The position numbers were made by a program, and so were the translations under genes. A model generated the notes under the pieces. The model was not told the DNA's origin. It searched no databases and saw only the letters and a program-made list of their open reading frames with translations. Of a stretch of DNA of 64,000 nt, positions 19,423 through 30,200 are shown one piece after another (position 1 is the stretch's first letter; each line of letters starts with the position of its first letter). Source of the DNA: Armatimonadota bacterium (GTDB lineage Bacteria; Armatimonadota; SYMT01); the NCBI GenBank assembly GCA_041690135.1, contig JAWLHY010000009.1, positions 256,001 to 320,000 of the forward strand. The letters run 5' to 3'.

Positions 19423-20806
19423 GAAACTGGTTTGCTTCATACTGACGGGCGTCGCCGCCGGTGGCGTTGCGTTCTGGGCCGCCGCCGCAGGGCCGCGCCC
19501 CGCACAGAAGGCAACAGATGGCCCTACGAAGTCGTCCATCCCAGGTGCCGAACCCAACCCGAGTCAGCGGTACGCACCCGATCCGGCGTTGGAATATGCC
19601 CGAGCCAGGGCCCAGGTCGAGCAAACAATTGCGGCTCAGCCCAAAGCCCTCTCGCTTCGCATGCAGGCTGCGGAGTTTTATATGCGGGCTGGAGATCATC
19701 CGGCGGCGCTACCCCACCTGCGGGTGGCAACGCGGTTATCCGAAGATCAATTCTTTCCCTGGCTCGCCTTAGGGGATGCGGCTACCCTGGCCGGGGAACC
19801 GCAACTGGCGGAGCGCGCCTATACTCGTGCAAAAAAGCTGGATGCGCGACACCCATTACTTTTCAGGGGCTACGGGCAGCTTCTGATTAGCCGGAAGAGA
19901 CTGGCTGAAGCGCAGAATGTACTGGAGCGTGGTCTTGCGCTACATCCAAAAGATGTAGAGATTCGTACCACACTTGGGAATTTGTTCCTCATCAGGAACA
20001 AGCCGGGAAGGGCCATCGAGGTCTTGGAGCCGGCCGTGAAGGCGGCACCGGCCAGGCCAGACTTGCACTATTTGATTGCCGAGTCCTATGAGCGCGATTT
20101 GAAACTCGAACGAGCCATCAGCCACCTTCGTGATGCCGTTCGTCTGGATCCGGCAATGGATAGTGCCTGGGGCCGGCTCGGACTTTACCTCGTCAATCTC
20201 ACAAGGTATGCGGAAGCGAGAGCACCGCTCCAGCGAGCGATTGAGTTAAGGCCGGATGAGCCGCATTACCACTGGGCGCTTGGAGACACTTATCTGTTAG
20301 ACAGCGGTCTCCAGAACGGCTTCGCGCTGGCAGCGGAAGCATACCGGAAGGCTCTCAAGCTGTCTCCACACAATGAAAAGGCACTCTATTCCTTCGCGAT
20401 GGCTCTTACCCGCCGCGGCAAAGAAGAGGACCTGAGAGAAGCAGCGGAGTTGCTCGAGCGCCTGGTGAGGCTTCAGCCCCAGGATATCAATGCTCATTAT
20501 AAACTTGCTGAGACTTACCGGCGGCTCAGCCGGCCCGAAGACGCAAACAAGCATCTCAAAGTCTTTCAGCGGCTCTCAGCGCAGCACCGGAGTAAGCTTC
20601 GAAACCTCTATCAAGGCGCTGCCTTTCGAGACACTTTTGAAGAGCACATGAAGCGTGGCCGGGAGTTCATGGCGCGTAAACGCCCGGATCTAGCCGTAAA
20701 GTCGTTCGAAGTGGCCGTTGCGCGAAATGGGAAGAGTACGGAAGCCCGGCAGGCGTTAGCCCGGGCTCGTCGGGCGACCGGACAGCAGACGGGAGGCATT
20801 CCTTGA
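19409..20806 (+). CDS. Tetratricopeptide repeat protein with N-terminal TM anchor
   Basis: About 9 TPR-like helical repeats; overlaps the genes on either side. Confidence 0.88.
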   Translation: MTRSRKLVCFILTGVAAGGVAFWAAAAGPRPAQKATDGPTKSSIPGAEPNPSQRYAPDPALEYARARAQVEQTIAAQPKALSLRMQAAEFYMRAGDHPAALPHLRVATRLSEDQFFPWLALGDAATLAGEPQLAERAYTRAKKLDARHPLLFRGYGQLLISRKRLAEAQNVLERGLALHPKDVEIRTTLGNLFLIRNKPGRAIEVLEPAVKAAPARPDLHYLIAESYERDLKLERAISHLRDAVRLDPAMDSAWGRLGLYLVNLTRYAEARAPLQRAIELRPDEPHYHWALGDTYLLDSGLQNGFALAAEAYRKALKLSPHNEKALYSFAMALTRRGKEEDLREAAELLERLVRLQPQDINAHYKLAETYRRLSRPEDANKHLKVFQRLSAQHRSKLRNLYQGAAFRDTFEEHMKRGREFMARKRPDLAVKSFEVAVARNGKSTEARQALARARRATGQQTGGIP

Positions 20807-22512
20807 AGCGCCACGGGATCGGATGCAATGTGTTGAGGCTGTTCTGGCTTGGATGTCTGGGCGTGTCGTTAGGATACGGCTGTTCCGGGCCGCGCCACCA
20901 GGCAGTAGACGCAGTTCCCACGGGCACTTCTACCAGGCAGTTTCGCAACGTGACGGCTGAAAGTGGGTTGGGGGCATTTCGCCATACGGATGGAGGCACG
21001 GGACGCCGGTTTTTCGTGGAGCAGATTGGCAGCGGACTGGCGATATTTGATTTCGACGGTGATGGCCTGCAGGACGTGTACTTCTGTACGGGTACCGCGC
21101 TTCCGGGATACACAGGGCCTGCGCCCCACAACCGGCTGTTCCGGAACCGGGGTGACGGTACATTTGAGGACCGCACTACCGCCGCGGGTGTCGCATGTAA
21201 CAGGTATTCGATTGGCGCCGCAGCCGGCGATTTCGACAACGATGGTGATATAGATCTATATGTATGTTGCTTTGACTCGAATGTGCTTTATAGGAATAAC
21301 GGCGACGGCACTTTCGCCGATGTGAGTAAAGTCTCGGGTGTGGACGATCCGCGGCTGAGCAGCAGTGCGGCCTGGGGTGACTACAACGGCGACGGCTACC
21401 TCGATCTTTTTGTTGCAAACTACGTGAAGTATCGCGTGGATGAAGATCTCTGGTGTAGCAAATACGAAGGTCAGAAAAGTTACTGTGGCCCAACGCTCTA
21501 TCAGCCGGAGCGCCACACACTCTATCGGAACAATGGGAACGGAACTTTTACGGATGTTTCCGGTCCCAGTGGAGTAGCGAGCAAGCTGGGGAATGGCCTT
21601 GGGGTGGTGTGGTTCGATTTTGACGATGATGGCCGGCAGGACATCTTCGTAGCAAATGATCAAACTCCGAACCACCTCTGGTGGAACCGTGGCAACGGCA
21701 AGTTCCAGGAAGTAGCTCTGGAAAGAGGGGTAGCCTACGGAGAAGAAGGGAATGCCCGCGCTGGGATGGGGGTAGATGCGGGCGACTTCGACAATGATGG
21801 TCGAGTGGATCTCGTTGTTACAAATTTTAGTGAAGAAAATAACGCAATCTACCGCAACGAAGGTGCTGCGTTCCGCGACGTTGCTTTTGACCGCGGGGTC
21901 GGCGCAGAAACCTTGATGCACCTCGGTTTCGGTACTGCGTTTCTTGACTACGACCGAGACGGCTGGTTGGATCTGTTCTTTGCCAACGGGCATGTTATGG
22001 ACGACATCGCGATGTACTCCGACTCCGTTACCTGGGAGCAGCCACTCCAGTTGTTCAAGAACACCGGCACCGGGCACTTCCGGGAAGTATCCGACGCCGC
22101 TGGGGTGGGCGAAGGGAAGTGGGTGGCCCGGGGTGCCGCACAGGGAGATCTGGATAACGACGGCCGGAAGGACGTGATCATCTCCGTGCTGCGAGGCCAG
22201 CCGCTCTATCTGCGGAATGAATGTGCCCCAGCGGCGCACTGGTTGGGAGTGGACCTCCATCCCGCGTCCGGCAATGCCCAGGCAATCGGCGCGACGGTTT
22301 GGCTCACGGCAAATGGCGTCACCCAGCGCCGAGATGTCTCAACCGCGGGAAGTTTTGCCTCCTCGAACGATCCACGACCGTTGTTCGGACTGGGTCCGGT
22401 GAATAAAGTGGATGAACTTAAGATCAGGTGGCCGAGCGGGCGGGTGACCTTGCAAAAAGGGCCGGCTCTCGACCGCTATCTGCGGATCGACGAACCGGCC
22501 CAGCCGCACTAG
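20803..22512 (+). CDS. CRTAC1 family protein (FG-GAP + ASPIC/UnbV), probable lipoprotein
   Basis: DFDGDGLQD, DFDNDGDID and DYNGDGYLD repeats; AGSFASSND and IRWPSG; lipobox-like GYGC. Confidence 0.92.
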   Translation: MKRHGIGCNVLRLFWLGCLGVSLGYGCSGPRHQAVDAVPTGTSTRQFRNVTAESGLGAFRHTDGGTGRRFFVEQIGSGLAIFDFDGDGLQDVYFCTGTALPGYTGPAPHNRLFRNRGDGTFEDRTTAAGVACNRYSIGAAAGDFDNDGDIDLYVCCFDSNVLYRNNGDGTFADVSKVSGVDDPRLSSSAAWGDYNGDGYLDLFVANYVKYRVDEDLWCSKYEGQKSYCGPTLYQPERHTLYRNNGNGTFTDVSGPSGVASKLGNGLGVVWFDFDDDGRQDIFVANDQTPNHLWWNRGNGKFQEVALERGVAYGEEGNARAGMGVDAGDFDNDGRVDLVVTNFSEENNAIYRNEGAAFRDVAFDRGVGAETLMHLGFGTAFLDYDRDGWLDLFFANGHVMDDIAMYSDSVTWEQPLQLFKNTGTGHFREVSDAAGVGEGKWVARGAAQGDLDNDGRKDVIISVLRGQPLYLRNECAPAAHWLGVDLHPASGNAQAIGATVWLTANGVTQRRDVSTAGSFASSNDPRPLFGLGPVNKVDELKIRWPSGRVTLQKGPALDRYLRIDEPAQPH

Positions 22513-22601
22513 CAAGCCTCACGCGAGAGATGACACGTTCCTAAACAGGATTGGGCGCCATGTCTTGCCTGGCTTCGCGAAGTGTGCTTGCGTTGCCCAC
22601 C

Positions 22602-23321
22602 TCAGGGAGTATCGCGGTTACCTAGCAGAAGCCAGTTCATGTCGTGATTGGGATTCCACGCCGGGTCCTGATGGTTCAGACGGAACACCTTCACGTGCCC
22701 ATCAGCGAACGCCACGTTGATCTGCCGGGTTCGGGGCGGAACAACCGGTGTCCCGGCGGGGTGCACGCCACCGTAGAGCGGTAACTTTTCGGCGTGGAAG
22801 GCACCTGCCTCAAAGAACACGATGGAACTAGCCGGGAACTCAATCGATGACTCGGCCGTTCCCACGTTGATGCCAGCTCCTTGAGCGTTGTCGAAGCAAT
22901 GCCGGAAGTGGTAGGAACTGGGTCGCCCCCACCACGTGGCGGATTGCCAGGGCCATCCGACTGAACTTCTTCCCCAGTAGTTGTCGCCTGCGTCGCTGGG
23001 GCAAATGAAGACCTGCTGGTTCTTGATGTACGGCTGCATGAAGTAACTGGAGCCGCCGCCAAGCATCCGGACGATGTTTTGTCCGTCCGCTGCCGTAGCC
23101 GGAAACTGCGGCAACTGGCCGGAGGCGAACATCTTTCCGTCGTAATCTTGTTGGTACATTCCCAGCGCCAGTGCAATCTGCTTCAGATTGCTCGTACAGC
23201 TGGTTTTGCGTGCGGCTTCTCTTGCCTGCGCGAAGACAGGAAATAGTATGGCCGCTAGGATTGCGATAATCGCAATCACAACAAGTAGCTCTATCAGTGT
23301 GAATGCCGGTCTTTTCTTCAT
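22602..23321 (-). CDS. Prepilin-type N-terminal cleavage/methylation + DUF1559 + H-X9-DG domain protein
   Basis: [41 protein letters not shown]...[23 protein letters not shown]. Confidence 0.95.
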   Translation of the reverse strand: MKKRPAFTLIELLVVIAIIAILAAILFPVFAQAREAARKTSCTSNLKQIALALGMYQQDYDGKMFASGQLPQFPATAADGQNIVRMLGGGSSYFMQPYIKNQQVFICPSDAGDNYWGRSSVGWPWQSATWWGRPSSYHFRHCFDNAQGAGINVGTAESSIEFPASSIVFFEAGAFHAEKLPLYGGVHPAGTPVVPPRTRQINVAFADGHVKVFRLNHQDPAWNPNHDMNWLLLGNRDTP

Positions 23322-23401
23322 GTGTTGCTCCTTCGCGGAGTACCCCGATTGTATGTAGCTAACGGTACAATCGGGCAGGACTCGCCTGCGAGCCCTGTCG
23401 G

Positions 23402-23644
23402 TCAGCTTCCTCCTGACTGTGTTGGTGGTGCTGGGGACGTTCCTGTCGGCGGCATCATACCGGTCCCTGGTTTGGAATTCCCCACCGGCGCGCCGGGTGG
23501 CGGCGTATAGAGGGGCTGCCCCTGTTTCACTTTTTCCATGTACTCTTCACTGCCGGTAGTTTTGGGCTGGAACTTCTCCGGCCCACAGCCTACGAGACTG
23601 CCAAGGAGCACAGTGGCTGCTAATGCCTTGCCTAACTGATACAC
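23402..23644 (-). CDS. Small Pro/Gly-rich lipoprotein
   Basis: AAAGGAGG lies 8 nt before GTG 23644. Lipobox LVGC. Directly upstream of the DUF1559 gene. Confidence 0.8.
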   Translation of the reverse strand: MYQLGKALAATVLLGSLVGCGPEKFQPKTTGSEEYMEKVKQGQPLYTPPPGAPVGNSKPGTGMMPPTGTSPAPPTQSGGS

Positions 23645-23823
23645 GTGCGTCACCTCCTTTCCTGGACTGCTAATTTGGAAACATTTCTAGTGGAAGAGTT
23701 TCCATCTCGCAAGGGGCTTTTCGCAGGCCTCGCGAAAACATCCTGCGCAATTGTCGCATTTGCTCGAAGTGGCGCACTTCGGCGTACGGTAAATGGGGGA
23801 GAACAACCCGTGCTTACAAACGA

Positions 23824-24261
23824 TCAGGCGCCTGGTCCGGATGAGACGGACGGCAATGTGGAGAGGTCCGGCTCGAGGAACCGGTACTTCGCCTCGGGGT
23901 GCATGCGGCGCTGCGGGGAGTAGAACAGGCGGAGGATCTGCTTGCACAGGAGGTGCGGATGCGCGTCGCAAAACGCGTCGCTGTCCGGAGTGGGGATGGC
24001 GGCACCATAAGCGTGATGGGTGGCCGCCACGAGATGCATGAATGCGACCGTAGTCGTTTCGTTATAGCCGCGGTCCGGCCCTTCCGGGACGTGGTGTGCG
24101 GCGTTCAGGGCCTGGATTCCGCTCCGCATCCGGTCGAGTGCCTCGGTGAAGGAGTAGTCGCGGATGTAAAGGAAAGCGACCCGGACATGGGACCGGTGGG
24201 TCCATTCCGTCTGGGCCAGATCGTGACACTCAAAGCGCCGCAGGAGTTCAGCATCCGTCAT
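23824..24261 (-). CDS. Conserved hypothetical protein
   Basis: WTHRSHVRVAF, YNETTT.AF and FYS...FLEPDL pattern; host-like codon usage. Confidence 0.75.
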   Translation of the reverse strand: MTDAELLRRFECHDLAQTEWTHRSHVRVAFLYIRDYSFTEALDRMRSGIQALNAAHHVPEGPDRGYNETTTVAFMHLVAATHHAYGAAIPTPDSDAFCDAHPHLLCKQILRLFYSPQRRMHPEAKYRFLEPDLSTLPSVSSGPGA

Positions 24262-24339
24262 TGTTTCACAGGGTAGTCTTAACGCCGGCGAAGTCGAAGC
24301 GGCCCTCCGCACTCGGGTGCGGAAGGCCGCTTCTGTGAG

Positions 24340-26343
24340 TTACTTGACGGCGTCGACGAGCTTGCGCACGGCATTCAGGTCGAGCTTGCCGTAGCCCCAG
24401 CGGGGGTTGGGCACGCTCCCGGTGAAGCGATCGCTGGTGGCGCTGCGTTCCAGCAGCTTCTTGATTTCTCCGCTCGTGAGGTCGCGCTTCTTCTCCATCA
24501 TCAGGGCAATGACTCCGGAAAGATACGGAGTGGCGGCACTGGTGCCGTTGAAGGGCTGGTAGAGGCCCGAAATGTGAAGCAGCTTGTCCCCGCCGGTTTG
24601 GGTCGGCGCGGGCGCGATATGGAATTGACCCGGCGCGGCGATCTCCGGCTTCAGCGTGCCGGTGCGGCTGGGTCCGGGGCAACTGTAGCTGGAAAGCCCC
24701 CCGATGACCAGCGGGGACGGCTTGCCGTCGGAAGTGGTCCGGATCACGTCACCCAGGATCAGCTTTCCGCGCTTGGATTCGAACTCGTTATTCCAGTCGT
24801 AGCTGCCGACTGTGATAGCGCTGGCGGTCGTGCCGGGAGTGCCGACCTGTTTGCCCAGGCTGACGCAGGGACCCGTGAACACCGCGCGACTTTTCGATCC
24901 GAAGGCGGAGATGTAGGCATCCGCCTTCCGGGATGCGCCGGTGGGGCTGAAGAGGCGGAGCTCACCGGCTCCAGGCTGAAGGTCGATCGACCAGACGAGC
25001 TGCTTGGTGAGCGGGTGAATGCGCCCCCGTCCCTTCCGCAGGTCGAGCTTCGACTCCAGGTTGGTGCGCAGGGACACCTGTTTATCATCGCTGTCGAAGT
25101 AGACGTCCAGCGTGGCCGCCACGGCGTCGGCGGGAACGCTCCAGGTGAAGATGCCAGGAGAACTCTCGCCGGCAAACGAGACCTCGCCGTGGATAGCGTC
25201 GGCGCCGTCGTTTCCGGCGGCGATGCAGAGCGCCCGGCCAGGACGGTCCGGCGCGTAACGGGCACTGAGTTGTCGCTCCAACACCCGCTGACCGTCCCTG
25301 CCGCCGAGCTGGCCGCCGAAGCTACAGGAGACCACAGTCGGACGGGGGCCGGTCACCGCATCGATCCAATTGGCGATGGCGCCCATCAGGTAGGAGTTCG
25401 GGAGCCCCGGTCCGGGGCCGATCCGCACCCCGATGATATCGGCATTCGGCGCCACTCCGGTGTAGCGGCGGTCCGGCAGGGCCTGCCCGTTGCCGGCCGC
25501 GATCCCGGCGCAACTCGTACCATGGCCGTTGGTGTCCAGCGGAGCGATGGTGGGTGAGGGTTCTCGCAGCGCCGCGGTCAGGTCTTCCTGGGTGTAGACT
25601 GTGCCCAGGCCCCGCCCGTTCTGGAAGGCGACCGGGCCCTGCCGCCCCGGCTTACCGGGTTCCCAGTCCGTCATCGTATCCCAATAGTGGGTGATGCGGG
25701 AGATGGGCTTGCCGGTGGCGTCCTTGGTGATGAAGTCCGGGTGGCGGAAGTCGATGCCCGAGTCGACAACCGCCACGACCACACCCCGGCCGGTGAGCCC
25801 GGAGAGGCCGCCGCGAACGATCGGCTCTGCGGGCGCTCGGCTAACGGCGGTGCGGGTTTCCGGCGGCGGGGGCACAGTGACCCGGCGGCCGAGTTCCACC
25901 CAGACCACGCCGGGCGCCGTGGTTACACTCTTGAGGGCGCTCGCCTCTTTCGTGTCGACAAACACGTCGGCCCACTTCTCGAAACGGTTGAAGACCCGGA
26001 CCCCGGGGGCGTTGAGCTTGCTGCAGGACTCCGCGGAATCGAATTCCGCATGGGCGACCAGATAGGTGCTGTTCTCCTGCTGCGTCGTGGCGCCGTCCGC
26101 GGCAGGTCCCGTGGGAGGGGCACCGGCCTGGAGCGCCTGGGCGACCCCGGCATCCGCAGGGGAAAGCTGACCGGGGGTATTTCCCATGGCTAGCGGGACC
26201 ACAGGTCCCAGGGTCCGTTTGAGCCCGGCGCCCCTGGACGTCTTCGTGCCGGCCGGAGGGGCGGCTTTGGGCGCGGCGCCGGCCACACCGGCAACAGCCA
26301 GGGCAGCACAGAGGATAGCAGGTTTGCAGGTTCGGTGCTTCAA
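24340..26343 (-). CDS. Secreted S8 (subtilisin-like) serine peptidase
   Basis: Catalytic triad VAVVDSG, NGHGTSCAGIAAG and NGTSAATP; oxyanion AAGN; signal peptide. Confidence 0.95.
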   Translation of the reverse strand: MKHRTCKPAILCAALAVAGVAGAAPKAAPPAGTKTSRGAGLKRTLGPVVPLAMGNTPGQLSPADAGVAQALQAGAPPTGPAADGATTQQENSTYLVAHAEFDSAESCSKLNAPGVRVFNRFEKWADVFVDTKEASALKSVTTAPGVVWVELGRRVTVPPPPETRTAVSRAPAEPIVRGGLSGLTGRGVVVAVVDSGIDFRHPDFITKDATGKPISRITHYWDTMTDWEPGKPGRQGPVAFQNGRGLGTVYTQEDLTAALREPSPTIAPLDTNGHGTSCAGIAAGNGQALPDRRYTGVAPNADIIGVRIGPGPGLPNSYLMGAIANWIDAVTGPRPTVVSCSFGGQLGGRDGQRVLERQLSARYAPDRPGRALCIAAGNDGADAIHGEVSFAGESSPGIFTWSVPADAVAATLDVYFDSDDKQVSLRTNLESKLDLRKGRGRIHPLTKQLVWSIDLQPGAGELRLFSPTGASRKADAYISAFGSKSRAVFTGPCVSLGKQVGTPGTTASAITVGSYDWNNEFESKRGKLILGDVIRTTSDGKPSPLVIGGLSSYSCPGPSRTGTLKPEIAAPGQFHIAPAPTQTGGDKLLHISGLYQPFNGTSAATPYLSGVIALMMEKKRDLTSGEIKKLLERSATSDRFTGSVPNPRWGYGKLDLNAVRKLVDAVK

Positions 26344-26680
26344 CGAGACTCTCCTGAAAGGGTACGGAAGGCCGGCCGACTCCTATCATCAGCCCAGCGC
26401 ACGGAGGCGTGCTGAATGGTGTTACTGATTATCGGATGCCATGCTCTTTTTATGAACGCCGGAGTGGCTCGATCCGGCGAGGGATCTCGATATCAACCGA
26501 CAAATCCAACCCACAAGTGTTCCCAAATCCGTGGTGTGTCAGTGGGTGGCGGAGGTTGGATGGGGGCAGTAATGTGGAAGTTACATCCTGCTTTCGGTGG
26601 ATTTGACCCCGGAGCATTGCAACCGTATACTTCCGTGCAGAGGAGGCGCCGGCCTCCCGGCTGGTAGCGCAAAGCAAAGG

Positions 26681-27241
26681 GTGGTCGTCGAGATGATTGA
26701 GAGTTATATGTCCTGGGAAGGCGGGGTGGATCTGGTAGGCAGCACGGATCCGAACTCCGCACAACCCAATGTCATCATCCACGTGGCGCGCGTGGTTCAC
26801 ACTCCCGTCGGTTCCGCGCCATCCGGACTGGTTCTTTTCCAGCCGGACCCGGCGGCGCCACCCGCCGTGATAGGGTTTGTATCGGCCGATTCCACGGTGG
26901 GTGCCTATTTTGGACCGCACATCTTCGCAGGCACCCCGTTCGAGGCCGCGCCGGTACTGGAAGCGGAGATCCAGATCCAGGAAGACCTGCCAGGAACTGT
27001 CGGAGCGCGGGTCCGTGTGGGTAATTACCTCTTCGAGACACGCCTGTCGCAACTGGCTCCGCTGGAAGTCGTGCACCGGCCCGCGCAGCACTTGCCGTTC
27101 CTCCAGCAGGGGTTGGAAGCGGCCGCCGGCTCCGTGGAAGTCCGGGTGAACGGGAACGCGACTCAGGTGTTCGTTCCCCAAGTGGGGATGTCCGGCGGCC
27201 CAGGTGCTGTCTGGGCGCCGTGCGGCGTCTACGCCCGCTAG
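26681..27241 (+). CDS. Hypothetical protein
   Basis: Coding-like frame (ESYMSWEGGVDL...AVWAPCGVYAR). Start is uncertain (GTG 26681 or ATG 26693). Confidence 0.65.
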   Translation: MVVEMIESYMSWEGGVDLVGSTDPNSAQPNVIIHVARVVHTPVGSAPSGLVLFQPDPAAPPAVIGFVSADSTVGAYFGPHIFAGTPFEAAPVLEAEIQIQEDLPGTVGARVRVGNYLFETRLSQLAPLEVVHRPAQHLPFLQQGLEAAAGSVEVRVNGNATQVFVPQVGMSGGPGAVWAPCGVYAR

Positions 27242-30200
27242 TTGCTCGCCGGTAGGCTCCGCCACTGCCCCAGGAGCGCGAAGGGGGCCCAGTAGTACGG
27301 GTGAGTGTATTTCTTGCCGCGCAGCAGTGAGAGTTGGGCCTGTCGCAGGGCTTCGGCACGCGACTGCGGCTGCCTCTCCCGCTCTTTAGCCAACTCACGG
27401 TAGAAGGCCGTCATCAGGGCGCCGGTGCTTTCGTCCGCTACCTGCCAGTGGCTGGCAACGGTGCCGGCCGCTCCACCGGCGAAAAGGGCCCAGGTCAGGC
27501 CCAGAATACCCTCGCCGCGCACCTTTTGACCGAGGGCCGTTTCGCAGGCGGACATCACGACGAGGTCGGCACTCAACTCCATCTCCGCCAGCTCCCGGGC
27601 CTGCAAGAAGCCGTCGTGGCGTCCGTCACCTGTCAAGACGAGAGAGGAGAACATGGGGGCGGAAGGGTCGAGCATGCCGTGCGTCGCAAAGTGTGCGAAG
27701 CGCGCGCGTCGCAGCAGTTCGTGTGCACGGCTTTCAAGGGCACGCTCTCCCGTCAAAACGACGGCCCCCGACCCGAAATGACGCGAGATGGCGTTCACCT
27801 CTCCTGCCGCCGCCGGAAGCTCGGGAAGACGAGTAGGAAACACCGGGCTTCCGAAGGCTACCAGCGGGAGGCGATCTCCGCGTGCCGGTCTCCGCTGGAG
27901 CATCTCTGTCATCCGGAGTAGGGCCGTGGCGGATGGCGCATAACTGATCGCGTACTTCGCAGCCAGCGGTGTCGCACCCGAGTCGAGCAGGGCGGCAAAA
28001 GCAAGCGTGCTCAACTCGGTATCCGGAACCACGATCAGATGCTCCTTCCCGGCCAGAGCCGGGGCGGCCGGAGCGATGAGCCGCTGGAAGAGCCAACGAC
28101 CCGCAGCTTCATAGTCGCCGCCCGGCGTCGAACACCCCTGCCAGTGCTCGTCAACTCGGTTCGCGAGTTGGGAGCGGGTGACGGACGACCGGTACAGCTC
28201 AATGCGCGGTTGCCCTCGCTTGTCGTGATGGAGCACGAAGAGCAGGGTCTCCCGGTCGAGCACCAGGTAGGAAAGCAGCGCGGACTTCGGCGAGGCCGCG
28301 AGTAGCTTCGTCAGGAGTTCCTGGGGGGCCGCGGGAGAAAACTCGGCGCGGCGCGTGCGGAGGTCCGGAAGCTGCAGGAACAGACGCTCCCGGAACGCCT
28401 GGAGATCGGAGCGGACCTGGTTGCGCTCCTCGGTCAGCTTCTCCAGGGCATCCGTCAGGACTGTCTTATCGATGGCGGTGGAGAGTGAAGCCAGACGACT
28501 CTCCAACGAGGCTTCTCTCCCCTTTTGCTCCGGAGTCATCGAGCGCGTGAGGCGGACGTTCCCGCTCCGAAGGACGTCGACCAGCGCGCGGGCCTTGAAT
28601 TGTTCGGAGACGGCGAAGGCCTGGGCCGTGTCTCCCACTTTCAAATAGCTATCCGCCAGTTTCAGATAGACGGATGCGTGGAGACGGAGAAAGCTGGTCT
28701 GGAGGGAGCCGACTTCGGCCTGCGTGCGGATCTGTTCGATCAACTCCACGGCCTGGCGGAGATGGATGGCTGCCTGGGGGTAGTTTTTCCAATCGCGGTA
28801 GAGATCCCCCTGGTGAATCCGGATCATCTGGAGGACCGCGGAAGCCCCAGCTTCCGCCGCCATCGCGGCTGCCGTCTCGAAATGCCGGGCGGCAGCCGCA
28901 CGGTAATCCGGCTGCCGGCGTTCGCGGAGATCCACGACCGCCAGGCCCATTGTGGCCATCGCTTCCATGCCCCGGTGGCGGTTGGCACGGGCCGCGTCCA
29001 ACATCTCCCGGTAGGCGTCGCGGGCCGCATTCCACGCTTCCATCCGCACGCCGACCTCGCCCAGGTTGCTCCAGATCTGTGGCAGGAACCGGTCGTTCTT
29101 CAGCTCGCTTGCCAGCTTCGCGCTGGCGAAGCCGCTTTCCATGGCCTCATCCAACTGGTTGCGCTCCAGAAGGTAGACGGTCAGGTTGTGCTGGGCAATC
29201 AACTCGTCTTCCTTGCGCCCCAACTTCCGGGCCAGTTGCACGGCTGCCCGGAGTGCTTCGTTGGCTTCCGCGAAGCGCCCGACCACCTGATAGAGATTGC
29301 CCAGGTTTGTGAGGATCGGCCCTTCCGCCGTGAAGTCGTCGATCTCCTGAAAGATGCGGCGGGCCTCTTCGTAGCCGCGCAGGGCTTCGGCGTACCGTTG
29401 GAGGTCCTGCTGCACCGCCGCGATGTTCCCGATGAGGATAGCCTGCGTGCGGCGGTTGCCGAGTTTGCGCTGGAGTTCGAGGGCAGTCTGGTAGGAGGTG
29501 AGGGCGTCGGTGGGTTTTCCGCTGTACTGCTGTGCTAGGCCGAGGTCCTGAAGCGCGGCAGCTTCCTCGGGTGCGTCTTTGATCTTCCGGAAGTGCTCGA
29601 TGGCCAGGTTATATGCCTTGAAGGCCTTATCGTAGTTCGCCGTCGTGCTGTAGATGTGCGCGCTGTTGCGCCAGATCTTCGCGAGACCTTCGTCATCCTG
29701 GAGCTTTTCAAAGAGCTGCCGGGCCTGTTCGTTGTCCCGGAGGGCGACGTTCCACTGCAATTGCTTTCTCCGGACGTAGCCGCGTATCAGGTAACAGTAG
29801 GCGCGCTCGAAGTCACTCTTCATCCACTCGGCGGCCTCAAACGAGAGTTCGACGAAGCGATCCGCCTCCTCTGGTTTACCGGCGTCGGCGAGCTTGTTCG
29901 CCTCTCCGCGCAAGGAATAGGGGAGCCAGCCCCCCGCGAGGTCGGAGTTGCGGTCCAGCAGCGCATGACGGTCCGCGGGGGAAGCGGCTTTCAAAAAGGA
30001 TTGATAGAAGTGCCGCTCCGCCATTCGGAAGCCGTGGAGCTTCCAGGCGCCGGCCTCGAACACGAAGCGGAGATCGAGGGTCTGGGCCCCCTCGACGGGA
30101 GCGCCGTTCTTGGGGTCTTTCGTCTTCCAGTCCAGGCGAATCCGGCCGAAAGCTACTTCTCCATCATCGGACTGGATACGGAACCGGGAGTGGCGGAGCT

